Below, one piece after another: positions 40,801 to 54,088 of a stretch of DNA of 64,000 nucleotides. Position numbers and translations under genes: made by a program. The notes beneath the pieces were generated by a model. It was given only the letters and a program-made list of their open reading frames with translations, had not been told where the DNA came from and did not search any database. How positions within the stretch are numbered: the stretch's first letter is position 1; each line of letters begins with the position of its first letter. This DNA is from a virus. The stretch is taken from the IMG/VR virus record IMGVR_UViG_3300045988_097776; one strand, written 5' to 3'.

Positions 40801-43577
40801 AAGTTGCTGATGAATTATTCTAGGCTCGTTAGGACGCTTTAGCTCAATATGAAGAAACTCTTGACAAGATTCAAGATGTAAAAGATGAGCAAGAAGAGCT
40901 AGAAAGAAATATTGCAGATAATAGATTAAATTAGATTGAATATAAACTTGAAGTTGCGATAGATATAAAAGATGCTAAAGATGCGGTTAATGAGCTAACA
41001 AGACAAATAGCAGAATCTTTTGGTGATGAGCTAACTCATGGAATGGAAGTCGCTCGTATTGATAAAAACAGTATGAACGAGAACATTGAAATCATCAAGA
41101 GCTATGAAGAAGCCCTTAAAAGTTATCAGGAAGAATTAGCTAATGCCACAGATGCGACTAATATTGATGAGATTGTAAGTAAGTTATCTGACTTACAAGG
41201 TAAAATGATTTCTACCGCAGAGGCTTTGCTTGATTGGGTAGAAGGTCTTGAAGAAATGCTACCAGATGCATTAGATGCCGCGTCAGAAAGATTTGCAGCT
41301 TTTACTGATTAGCTTGACCATAATGAATCCGTTCTAGGACTTATCAAAGAACTATATGCTCTTTAGGGAGTTACATATAAGACTGAGGAAGGATTTGAGT
41401 AGCTTCAGGAAGTAAGCGAAGAAACTATGAAGGCTCAGGTCGCCAATGCGCAGCTAAATAAACAATGGTACGATGGAATCCGTCAAGAACTATTGGAAGC
41501 TCAAGCTGCACTAGACGCATTAGGCGGAGATGAAACGGATCCTGCATATGATGGTTTAAAAGCTAATAGAGATGCTCTACTAGAAGAATTTAATGAAGCA
41601 CAAGAGGCTATGTTAAGTTCCGCGCAAGCTGCTATGGAGACTGCTTAGGAGATGTATACTCAAGCTATTGAAAGAGCAGTATATGAATTTGGATAGGCTG
41701 TTTCTGGTGGAGTAGGATTAGATCTACTACAAGACAAATTCGATCATTATATCGAACAAGAGGATAGATATTTAGATAAAGTAAATGAAGCGTATGAGGT
41801 ATCTTCTTGGTATAATAAACTACAACAGGATATTGATAAGGCTACTAACTCTAAGATGAAAGATTAGTTAAAATAGCTACAAGAGGAAATTGATATACGT
41901 AGAGAGAACAATACCTTATCTGAATACGATTTAGAAATTCTCGAAGCTAAGTATAATGTTCTTTAGGCTTAGATGGCACTTGAAGATGCTCAAAATGCGA
42001 AAAATCAACTTAGACTAGTGAGAGATAGTCAAGGTAACTGGAATTATCAATACACCGCAGATGCGAGCCAGATAGCTGACGCAGAATAGAATTTGCTTGA
42101 TGCGGAGAATGAGTGGTATAATATAGCAAAGCAGTAGGTAGAGGATGTTACAGGAGAGATTATTTCTACTTGGCAAGAATGTCAAGATAAGATAAAAGAA
42201 ATCTATTCTGATATGACCTTGACTGATGAAGAAAGATCTGCCCGCGCGCAAGAAATCTATTCTTATTATACGCAGAAGGTTAAGGACCTAGAGAACGAAA
42301 AATAGATCGCTATTAAGGATATGACCGAAGCCGGCAATAAAGCTTTAATTGATATGGCTATTGTTGCGGGAGACGAGGTAAGTGACCTAACTGGAATTAC
42401 AAGTCAAGAAATTCAAGATATTATAGCTAACTCTGGCTCTAGCATTATTGATTTGTTACTATCAGATAACGAGTAGATTCAAGATATAGTAGGAAGTAAT
42501 ACAAAACTTATTGACCTATTTGATAACGTATTTGCGAAAGACTTAGCGAATATGACCGCTAATGCCGGCAACTTTGAAGAGTTTTTATCTAATGCAATGG
42601 ATGAAGCTAGCGGAGCGATGGAGGATTATCAAACTACTGTTTCTGGAGTAGCCGATTAGACTGGAACAAGTCTCGATGATTTAAAAGATTATATCGACGA
42701 TGTTTCAACTTCTACTGATTTGTGCTCTGAGGCTGGATCAAATGCCGTTACTTAGATGTTAGAATAGATAAGCACTATTCAAGATTTAAGTCAAGAGTAT
42801 TTAGATATGGCCGATTCAGTCAGAGAATATATAAGAGCGCTTGAAGAAGCCGCTAGAGCTGCTGGTAGCACAATAGAAAGTGCAGGAAGTATAGATAAAG
42901 ATGACTTACCTTCTTCTGATTCAAGTCAATCTTCTGATACTGATAAAGGTAACTCAGGTAATAGTGGTAGTGGATCTTCCAGTAGTGGAACTGGAGGAGG
43001 TAATGGAATCCCCGAAGTAGGAGATGAAGTTATTTATACTGGTGGAACTTACTATCATGATTCTTATGGCACTGATCCTGCTGGTAGACGCGGTCCAGGT
43101 AAAAAGGTTAGAATAACAAACATAGCTAAGGGTAGACCTTATCCAATCCATGTACAGTCCAATAATTCCGCTTATGGATGGCTAAAAGAAAGTTAGATAA
43201 GTGGCTTCGATACTGGAGGATATACTGGAGAATTTGATAATGCTAAATTAGCTTTCTTACATGAAAAAGAGTTAGTTTTAAATCAAGAGGATACGAAAAA
43301 TATCTTGGCGGCGGTCTCTGCTATGAGAGCCTTTGGACCTAGTTTTATAGCCTCTATTGAGAAAACTCTTGACGGGAACGCACTATCTATTTCTAGTATT
43401 ATGGCATCTAGATTGGGAACTAATACCTAGATTGCGCCGACAGATAATGTGGTTTAGCCAAATATAAATATTGAACGAGTTGAATTCCCCAATGCGACAT
43501 CTTCTGATGAAATTCAAGATGCTATTCGTAGTTTGGCGGATGATGCTACTCAATGGGCGAATAGAAGAAAAGAATAA
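34878..43577 (+). CDS. tail tape measure protein, about 2899 aa, many tens of in-frame TAG
   Basis: All listed ORF fragments in this span (36117, 37302, 38463, 40551, 41043, 41427, 42807) are in frame 0 and join across TAGs. It carries TMP motifs (…SEGI[Q]QFAAVAETVGLSYEYAASALATVTATTRESANTVGTAFRTLFARIQGL…, …[Q]TVAGVR[Q]YTRLIALMDNWD…) and the canonical C-terminus …SGFDTGGYTGEFDNAKLAFLHEKELVLN[Q]EDT…. Confidence 0.85.
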
Positions 43578-43628
43578 TAGGGGAGAAAATCTCCCCTATT
43601 ATTCCCTATGAGTAAAAGGAGGAAGAAT

Positions 43629-46600
43629 ATGAATACAGCTTCTGAATCTATCTTTTAGACAATAGATATTCTTGTTGATAAAGCACTATCAAAATTAACT
43701 TATGATAAAACTGTTTCAGCAGAGATTAATAGTATAGTTAATTTGGATACTGGAGAATATAAAGTTAAATATTCTGGTAATATAGTATCTGCTTTTTCCG
43801 ATGATGTAAAGAAACAATATAAAGTGGGAGATACCGTATACGTTACCATACCTCAAGACGATTTGTCAGCAAGGAAAAGAATAGTATGTAAAACAAGTGA
43901 ATAGTCGCTATCATATGGAGAGATGTTGTCCCTATCCAATTCAATAATAGAGAAAAGTCCAACCTTTGATACTATGTATGAATATGATAAGAGTGCGGAA
44001 AGGGGCGTTGTAGCTGGAGCACCTGCCGATAGTGATCTAAGTCAATAGATTATTTATGATGGTGCTGAAGAGGGTTATCATGGATTATTCCAACAATACG
44101 CAAACAATAATGAACTTATTAGAATCAAGGCTTCTTTCTTGACCACCTTCCACTGTGAGCATACAAAAGGAAATTATGGTTTAGATATATAGTTTTTCAC
44201 AAAAAGTGGAGATATAGTTTCTTACAAACTAGATCTAAGCTCTTTTAATGGAGATCCATATCGCTTTTAGGTCTATAGCCCGCAATCTGTAGTCATAAAA
44301 ACTCAAAAGAATTATTTAACTGGACTTAAACAGATTAAATTATTTGAAGAAAACTTTGTCTATGATCGTTATGTAGAATCTGGTGTAGTTACAGATAAAG
44401 AGAATAGAACTGTACCTAATATTTTTGTAAAGGATATAGAGATTCAGTTTGTTGAATAGAAAGATTTAACTGATAATTTATATTACTTAGATATATCAAC
44501 CCCGCGAGGAAACTCATTCACTAACGAGATCTCTTCTCTTGATTTGGTTGGTAGATTGATTTATTAGGGCGATAATATTATGGACGAAGAAACCTGTGAA
44601 TGTAAATGGTTTGAGAGGGATGTAAGCGTTTTACTAGGGAGCGATTTGTATGACAAAAATGCTGGGGTAGGATGGGCTCCCGTCACAGCGTCCGAGAGCA
44701 ATACGCTGACACTTAATGCTGAATAGGTTGAGTATCAAAAGTAGTATAAATTGATCGTTGTATATAATGATAGCGTGACATTAAGCGCAGAAACAACGAT
44801 TTATAACTTAACAAGTGACTATAGTTTTGAGTTAGATCAAACTACGGTTGGTGAAGATATTATCATTCAAATTTAGAACAATGTAGATGATACTGTTTTA
44901 ATTGGAGATTGGTATATGCTTTATCCAGATGGAAGTTATACCGCAGTAGGGTTAAAACAAAATTCTATCACTGTAACTAATTTACTGCTATATTCTTCTG
45001 TTACTTTTGTTTGCGGCGTTTATAATAAAGAGCATAGCTAGATTATTTGTGTATTAGAACATCTTGTCACAAATAGTTCTTCCGAGGAAGATGTTACAAT
45101 CACTTATAATGGAGAAGATACCTTTAGATATGATGCAAACGGAGATATAACAATAGAAGATGCTGAGAAGGAACGAACTCTTTAGGTTGTTTTAACTTGG
45201 AAAGATGGAGTTGGAACTTCTTATAAGGTTGAATGGATTGGCCCAGATGGGAAAAATATCACTAATTCAAGATATAATCCTAGTGAATCTATGATAGAAA
45301 ATCTTTGGGTTGACAATAGCAATATTTTACATTATACTATTAAATAGAAGTATAAAGTTAATTTTAATAATAATACTATCTTAGTTCGTATAGTTACTAT
45401 GGATGAATAGAGATACTCTTTCTAGAAAGAGATTTTATTCTTAAAAGATGGAGATTAGGGTACTAATGGTACGACCTATGTTACTGCAATTCGTCCTTTT
45501 GATGAAAATACTGGTCTAAAACTTTCTGGCCTGGTTCCTCTTATCTATAGGGATAACTCATGGCAAAATACTTTACCTTTAAGATGTTACGTATATAAAG
45601 ATGGAGAGTTAATTAACGACAATGGAAACTATACATTGACCTATAAATGGACAGGGGTTAATGTTAATATTGGGGATAGCACCTTGGATGACCGCAAGAT
45701 AATTAGTGGAGATAATCAACTGGTATCTACTCCCATTGGCGGTTATGTGAAAGTACAAGTTACTATTAATGATAATAAGAATAATAGAACTTATGATATT
45801 TATAGTAATTATCCTATTGATGTCGCTGTTAATTTTTCTGATCAAGAAATAGAGAGTATTGATATTAGCTCTATTCCTTCTTATATTAAATATACTGCTT
45901 CTGGAGTAAATCCCTAGTTCTATAGTAATAATATTGAATTTATTGTCAACGAAGTTGATTAGAGCAAGAATATTACTTCTATTATAGAAGAAATACTAAC
46001 AATAGAAGAATAGGATGGTCTTTACTATTTGGAACCAGCTTCTAGCTTTATCTTTGAAGATAATAGCATCGCATTATTAAAGTGTGAGTATGAAGGGAAA
46101 TATATTTATCATCCAATCATCTTGTATCTTGACACCTATGGAAATGAATTAATCAATGGGTGGGATGGTACATAGCTTGAAATTGATGAAGAAAATGGTC
46201 AGTATATTTTGGCACCATAGATAGGCGCAGGAGAAAAAGATAGCTTTAATCGTTTTACTGGTGTAGTAATGGGGAAAGATAGTGTCTAGTCTAAAATTGG
46301 TTTGTATGGATATAAAGCAGGAGTTAATACCTTTGGTCTAATGGAAGATGGTACAGCCTTCTTTGGATCCAAAACTGGTGGTGGGTAGATTATTATTGAT
46401 GGTACCTCTGCCGAAATTTATGGAGGAGGAAATTCTTCTGGTGAAGGTGGAGACGCATCCAATGGAATGACTATTACACTAGCAGATCTTAAAGCTGATG
46501 GCTCTACAGAGGCTATTAAAATCGGTGGCGGTGTTTTCACAGTAAAGTATAATGGTACTGTAAATGCGGCCAATGCTGAAATTTCAGGAACTATTTATGC

Positions 46601-47549
46601 TTCTTCCGGCAAGATAGGTGGTACAAAAACTGGGTCTAATGGTTGGACTATTGAAACCAATAGACTGTATAGCGGTTCTGGTTCAACAAGAGTCGAATTG
46701 AATAGCCAGTCGCCTACTAATACATCTACACCTACAAATAATAATGATTTTGCTATGTGGGCTGGTAGTGCAACTGCTTCAAGCGCTAAGTTTTCTGTCT
46801 CTAAAGGTGGATTAATTACTGCTAAATAGGGAAATATTGGAGGATGGATTCTTTCTTCTAATAAACTTACTAGCGATAATTACAGAACCGGTATAGCAAG
46901 TTCAGGAACTTATCGTTTCTGGGTTGGAGCTAGTTCTAGCAGCACAGCAGATAGACCTGTTTTCTCTGGTTCTTCTTATTTTTATGTTGCCAGTTCAGGT
47001 GAGATGTAGTGTAAAAATGCAACGATTAATGGCTCTATTTATGCAGACGATGGCGAAATCGGCGGGTGGACTATTAGTCCAAGTAGAATCTCTGGAGGCG
47101 GAACCACTCTATATTCAAATGGTAGGATTGTATGTGAGGATTTTGAATCTGATAACGTAGATATTAGTGGAGATATTAATGCGACTACTTTAACCTGTGA
47201 TAATGGCGAAATCGGCGGGTGGACTATTAGTGAAGATGGATTAGAGAATGGTACTACAAGATTGTTTAACGGCTTAGTATAGACAGAATAGGTGCAAATA
47301 TATTATAATGATCATGGTCGCTGGAATACTTATCTTGGATTTTTAGGATATGTACCAGGTAGAGATGATGATGGTGTTACTGACAATATTGGTATTAGGA
47401 CACTTGATTAGGGATAGAGTATTATTCTTTAGTCTGCAAGAAATATAGCTTTAAATGCTGAGGGAGCAGGTATCTGGGTAAATGCAGAAAATTTCAACAT
47501 GAATGTACCAAAATCTGGATAGAAAGGTATTTATGCCTAGTTTGCATAA
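43629..47549 (+). CDS. large tail/baseplate structural protein, about 1300 aa
   Basis: One frame stays open from ATG 43629 to TAA 47547 when read through TAGs. The C-terminal part carries repeated G-x-I-G-G-W-x-I motifs typical of phage distal-tail or fiber proteins. Confidence 0.45.
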
Positions 47550-47562
47550 GGAGTGATTATAT

Positions 47563-48303
47563 ATGGGTTCTGTAACCTTACACTCTCCCTCTTATTCTAG
47601 TGTTGGATAGAGATATGCTTCAATAAGTTGTACTGCGGTAGGATGGGTATATCCAAGCGATTCTGGAACAACCACAACCGGAGATAGTAAAAATGGTTCT
47701 AGAACTACTATCTCTTATAGTAATACAGTATGGAGTTGGAGTTTTAGTGATGGAGGAACTTCTAGCTCTAAAGAACCAACTCATACCTTTACTGGTTTAA
47801 CTGCGGGCAGGGCAAATACGGTAAGAGGGACGTTGAGTGCTAGATGCACAAAAACCACTACTGTAACTAGATGGTCCACTCATAGACAAGAGGTTGGAAA
47901 AGACGAAAATGGAAAACCAATTTATGAAGATGTAACAACAACAACTGGTCCAACTACATCTAGAACAACAGTTAGCTTAGGTTCTGCATCAGATAGTGTA
48001 ACTGTATATACGCAACCAACTGGTTTTTCTTTTGGATGCAGTCCGGGGGATTATATAGCGGATTATGCCACCGCAGCTAACTGGAATGAATTAGCTGATT
48101 AGGTTGGTAAATATAAAAGTTGGCGCAGTCAATCAAGTTAGTATTCTTCATATGATTATTTGAAAGTTTCAAGTGGAGATTGGATAACCGCAAGCATTTA
48201 TAATTCTATGGCATCTGCCTGCGGGACTTCAAAAGTTACTGCGGATAAAACTTTGATTAGCGCTGCATTATTTGAAGCACTAGCTGACGCAGTTTCGCCA
48301 TAA
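47563..48303 (+). CDS. tail-associated Thr/Ser-rich protein, about 246 aa
   Basis: TAAGGAG RBS; 3 in-frame TAG. Confidence 0.35.
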
Positions 48304-48323
48304 GAGAAAAAGGAGTTTTAATT

Positions 48324-48695
48324 ATGAAAATGTCAAACAAAGATATTTTAGAAATAACCGAGGGATTAAGCAGTATAGTTCAAGATCGATCATGCCTTCC
48401 CGCGAGTGTGTCATATTCGGTAATAAGAAATTTTAAAATTCTTTCTTCTATTGCTGAGGATATTTATAATGAACGTAAGAAAATTATTGAAAGATATGGA
48501 GAACAGGTAGACGATATTACTTATTCAATCCCAGAGGAGAAAAGAGATGCGGCGAATAAAGAACTAAATGATTTACTGGCTGTAAATACTAGCGTTCCAT
48601 TAGCTACCTTTTCTATTGATATTTTGTAGGGGTATGATATTCCTTTAAAGGTTATGAATATTCTATACTTTATGGTGGAGGCTGACGAGGAATAA
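48324..48695 (+). CDS. hypothetical protein, about 123 aa
   Basis: The listed ORF continues through one TAG to TAA, which lies inside the terminator hairpin GGCTGACGAG-GAATAAAA-CTCGTCAGCC at 48671-48710. Confidence 0.35.
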
Positions 48696-48780
48696 AACTC
48701 GTCAGCCTTTTGGCCAATTATCTTTATTAATGATATAAGATTTTTTAAATATCTTAGATGAGAAAAAGGAGGCGTTAACT

Positions 48781-51573
48781 ATGCCAATTAGTATTTACCC
48801 ACCTACTTTGTAGAGTACATAGCCAGCGTTTCTAGCCAGCGTAAATGTATATCAAATCTATTTTACCTTACAGTCAATTACATCTTTTAATGATATAGGA
48901 CATATATAGGTAAGAATAGTGCGTTAGTCGAATAATAAAAGCATTGTTAATACAAATCAATACCCAGATGGAACAATCTATAAAGCGCCTTCCGCTATTG
49001 GCTCTCTGGGCAATTAGTATTTTGTATCAATCAATAAAAATGAATTGTTCGAATCTTGGTAGCCAGGGTATTTATATAAAGTGCAGATGCGCTTTGGAAT
49101 TAATCCTATGTATACCTCGGTAGATGAATTTGCAACATGGAAACAATAGCAAATAGATGAAGGAGCTTTCTCTGAATGGTCTACTGTAATGGTAATTAAA
49201 GCGATAGATACTCCGACTATTATTATAGAAAACGACGAGGCAAAGCGAGAAGATGTTATATCTACAGAACGAGTAGAAGCAACTTTAACACCGCTATTTA
49301 TTGGCAGTTACAAGATTGAATCTAGTAGTAATGAATTATTGGATAAATATAAATTTGATTTATACAAAGGTTCTTCGTAGGATCTCAGTGATTTAATCGA
49401 AAGCTCTGGGTGGATCTAGCATAATGGCTCTATTAATAATACAGATACTCATAGATTTAAAACAGTATTAACTAATAGTGAAGATTATACTGTTGTGTAC
49501 TCTATTATTACCGTCAATGGTTATGAGGGAGAGTCTGATTAGTATAATTTTTCTGTTAGTCGAACTTATCTAGGTGATTTAGAAGGAGTATCTATAAGAG
49601 TTGAAGATAGCGATATATATTGCAAAGAGAATGGTTGTATAAAGATTTTTTGCACAGCAAAAGATGGATTAAGTGGAAGTTATGTAATAACTAGAAGTTC
49701 AGAGAAAGATAATTATTAGATATGGGAAGATTTGAAGTATCTTAAATTTTCTAATTAGGTTTTGAACGATTCACTAATCTATACCGATTTTATTATTGAA
49801 AGCGGAATTAGATACAAATACGCTATATAGCAAGAGAACTCCGCAGGATTGCGGACTTCCTAGGTATATGAAACCTCTAACCAAGGTCGTAGTGTTGATT
49901 TTGAGCACAGCTATATTTATAGAGATGGAGTATAGTTAAAACTATCACTCAATCAAACCTTATCCAGCTTTAAACATACCACTTTAAGAAGTAAATAGGA
50001 TACTTTAGGAGATAAATACCCTCATTTAATTTAGAATGGTAATGCTTACTATGCAGAATTTCCTATTTCTGGTTTGATTAGTTTTTAGATGGATGAATAT
50101 TAGACATTCTTCTCTCTAGATGATGATGGCCTTTATTATAATGGCAAACTTGCAATCCCAGAAGATAAGTTTACTATCAAAAATGTGGTTAGAGGAAAAT
50201 GTCAAGAGAGATAGACAACTCATTCAGAAGTCTCAACTAATGAGAGTAAATTATCTATTTCAACTGATTTAACAGATGATAATGTTTTCATTGAAAGAGC
50301 TTTTAGAGAAAAGGTAGAAGAATTTTTAAATGATTTTAACTATAAATTATTTAAGTCTCCAACCGAAGGGAATATAGTTATAGGCTTGCTTAATATTTCT
50401 TTGACTCCGAATAATACGGTCGGCCGCATGCTCTATTCTTTTTCTGCTACGGCATATGAAGTATTAGAGAACACCATAGAAAATTTAAATGAAGTTAATA
50501 TAATTGATATTGGTGAATTTGAGAGTTTAGCAAGCGAAGATAGAATAAATTCCTTTGGGCAGATAAGCGGAATTTATGGTCGAAATATAGACTTATACGC
50601 AAAGATAAGAGAATAGGAAGAGGTTAGCATAGGTGGAGGGTATAAACTAAACTTAGTTTAGGTTACTGATATCCTAGTTGAACAATACCCAAAGATAGAT
50701 CTAACCGCGTAGCTACTAGAATTAGAAGCTCTTAGAGCGGAAGCCGCAGGTAATGAAGAAGATACTTCTGAGTATGATAGATAGATTGAGGAATGTGAAA
50801 ATTTAATTCTTGCTCTTAATGGGCCTGAATCTGCGACTATTGAAATTAATGTTAATGGTTCAAGGATCTTAGTTGCACCAGGTAGAATGTATCATTTAAG
50901 TGAGAATGTTAATTCTCTATCTCTATCTGCATCAACAGTTCCTATTATTGTGAATTATGTTTGTCAGTTAAATTAGGTTGAAGATGTTTCAGTGGGAGTT
51001 GTTTCTGCTATTGAGGCTTCTCGTATTTGGGGTTAGATTTCTGGAATATTTACAGGAACAGATGGTGTTTTAAAGTTTTATAACTATGATTATAAGAATA
51101 GTGACACATATCGCATATTTAGTAATGTTCCTGCGAATATAGAAAAATTTCTAGTTAGGGATAAACAAGGAGATATTATTGTTGATAATACGACTTTTAA
51201 TCTATATAAAACGGTAAATATCTACGAGATAATAAAAGAAGAGACACAAAAGCAAGTTGAGCTTATATATAATACACACTTTGAATTAAGTAGCGATGGA
51301 CAGCTAACAGACGGAGAGATTTATTACACTTTTAGTGATATTACTTTGTTCGATATAGAAGCAGACGAAGGAACTACTATTCTTCTTAGCTCAAATGCTG
51401 ATGGAAGTAATCCTATTACTGTAAAAATCGGTCCCACAGGGAGATATACACTTAACCCATTGGATAATATGATTAAATATATCGCTCTAGAAAGCGCTCA
51501 ATTCTGTGTAATAAACTATAAGTGTTTAACAAATCAAATGCGTATGAAGGTGGAATAGTATTATGTTTGATTA
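48781..51573 (+). CDS. baseplate/tail structural protein, about 930 aa
   Basis: AAAGGAGG RBS. The listed fragments 49189, 50386 and 51346 are in its frame; about 45 in-frame TAG. Confidence 0.4.
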
Positions 51574-53467
51574 TTTAAACGATATGGAATTTCTTACTGC
51601 CCTTGATAAGTTAAACATTAAAACCCATTATGCGAAAATTATTTTGCTTTCTTTCGATGAAAAACCTATTAGAGAGATACAAGGTCGCATAACAGCAGGA
51701 AGTTTAAGTGTTAATGGTTCATCTTCAGTGCGCAGAACAATTAGTTTAACTATGCTAGCCGATGGAAATAATAGCGATATAGAGAATATAGATAACGAGA
51801 TTTCGATAAACAAAAAGGTTAAAGTGTTTGTTGGATATAATAACCCCTTAAGATCTTATTCTAGTTATGGAGATATAATTTGGTTTCCTTGCGGACTATT
51901 TGTCTTGTCTAATGCATCAATAGCAAGATCGACTTCTGGATGGACAATTTCTATAAATGGAAAAGATAAGATGTGTTTATTAGATGGAACTGCGGGAGGT
52001 ACCTTTCCAGGTTCTATTACCCTCCATGAAAGTTACATATAGAAGAATGATGGAGATATAGAGATTGTATATCCGACCATATTCCAGATTATATATGAAG
52101 CGGTAAACCACTGGGGAGGGGAAGCTATAGAGAATATAATTATTACAGATATAGAGGAAACCTGTAAAATGTTGGTTAAGTATATTGGTGACAAACCAGT
52201 ATATTTTAGTAATAATTATGAGAGTATGGATTTCTCTCCCAGCTCAGACTTCCCGCATATGGTAAGCTATGGATAGGATGCTGGATATAAAGAAACAGAA
52301 TTTACATATCCCGGTGAATTGATTTTAGATGCTGGTGATACTGTAACTGCATTACTAGATAAGATAGTGGATGTTCTTGGAAATTTTGAATATTTCTATG
52401 ATATAAACGGTCGTTTTATCTTTTAGGAGATAAAGAACTATCTTAATACTGGAAGCCCTTTAACTGAACTTACGCCAGCAAACTATGTAAAGAGTTATAA
52501 TAATGCTAAATTCTTATATTCTTTAACCGAGCTTGATACCACGACTGCGATAACCCGCAGTCCAAAGTTTGATAATATTAAAAATGATTTTTATGTTTGG
52601 GGTAAAAGAAAAACTACATCTGATGTAGAAGTGGACATTAGATACCATTTAGCTATTGATACCAAACCTATTATAGATTTGGCTGGGTATTATATGTGGG
52701 CTATTAGTGATAAAGAAACTGGACTAATAGTAAGATATGATTTTAATAATATAGCTAGTGATTACTCTGTATCTGGATATGAAACAAAATTAATCGGGTC
52801 TCCATGTGATGAGTGGCGAGAAGAGCTGTACCGTAGAGCATTAAATGCGCAGGTAACTAATAGCGTATATGATAACTACTATGATTCCGAATTAATCGCG
52901 GAATGGCGTAATTTATATGATCCATTGAATGAGAAATGGGATGAATACGATCATTGGAACCCTGATGTTTTTAACAATCCAGAAAATTTGAACTATTGGT
53001 TAGATTTTATAGATACGGGTTCAGAGATGGGAAAATATTCAATAAATGAAATAGGCAGAAGGACTAAAGTGGTTAATGGTTCTGATATAACTTCCGTATA
53101 TAATATGGAAGCCCCTGATATTATTTTTATTGAAGGACTTGATTAGGACTTGATAGCAGAATATCGAGGGATAGGTTAGAGATTTTTTGTTCTTACTTCT
53201 GAATACTATGATTTATTTTCAATAAGCTCTACTAATGCGAGTTGTTTTGATAAGATTAGAGAAATGTTGTATTAGAATTTAAATTATAATACAACCATAT
53301 CTATTACTTGCTTACCAAAGTATTATATGGAGCCAAATAATATTCTCTATATTGAAGATAAAGATAGCGGCATTAGTGGAAATTACTAGATAACTCAGTT
53401 TACTTTGCCTCTTGCTTATAATGGAACTATGAGCATTACTGCAACGGAAGTATTAACGAGAGTATAA
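51563..53467 (+). CDS. baseplate/tail structural protein, about 634 aa
   Basis: Joins the listed ORFs 51563 and 52631 across TAGs. Confidence 0.4.
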
Positions 53468-53483
53468 GGAGGAGTAGGAGATA

Positions 53484-54074
53484 ATGCCAACTGTTGGTCA
53501 AGTATATTATAATGTAATAGATAATAACAGTGGTAGCTACGTCTCTAGTGGGTAGAATATATTTAGTGATATTATTGCCTAGGTAGGAGCCTCTCAATTT
53601 AATAAAGTTGGGGTATAGGCTCCTGCCGGCACAAAAATAGTTATGAATGAATCAAAGACTATTATGGTTGGTAGAACTGGAATATATGAACTAGATGATG
53701 ACATAGCTATTACTAATATGTATTTTATTAGACCTAGAAAGTATGAAAAAGATGAAGAAGCCTCCTAGTAGGCGATTGAGTAGGGAACTGAAGGAATGTA
53801 GGCTGCGGATAAAAAACGAGCAGACGATTTGGAACAATTTTATAAAGAAAATCCAGTTATGCCAGACCCGGATACAGATCCAGAGGGATATAGAGCTTAC
53901 TGGGATTCATATAATAATATTTAGACTACCTATATAGAGGCTTATTAGACAGCATTAAGTTTGTATAATTAGGGTGTAAACGGTATATATGTGTTACCCA
54001 ATCCTGATAATATTGATGCTCCAGAGAACTATTAGGATTTGTATAATGTTATTATTGATTTTATCTATGTATAA
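53484..54074 (+). CDS. tail structural protein, about 196 aa
   Basis: AAGGAGG RBS; several TAG. Confidence 0.3.
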
Positions 54075-54088
54075 GGAGGTGTCAAACT

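Noticed and set aside
46924-47160. Listed plus-strand ORF 46924-47160 and other small ORFs inside the large structural genes.
   Set aside because: They are in a different frame from the continuous read-through frame that carries the GxIGGWxI repeats, so they are alternative-frame artefacts.
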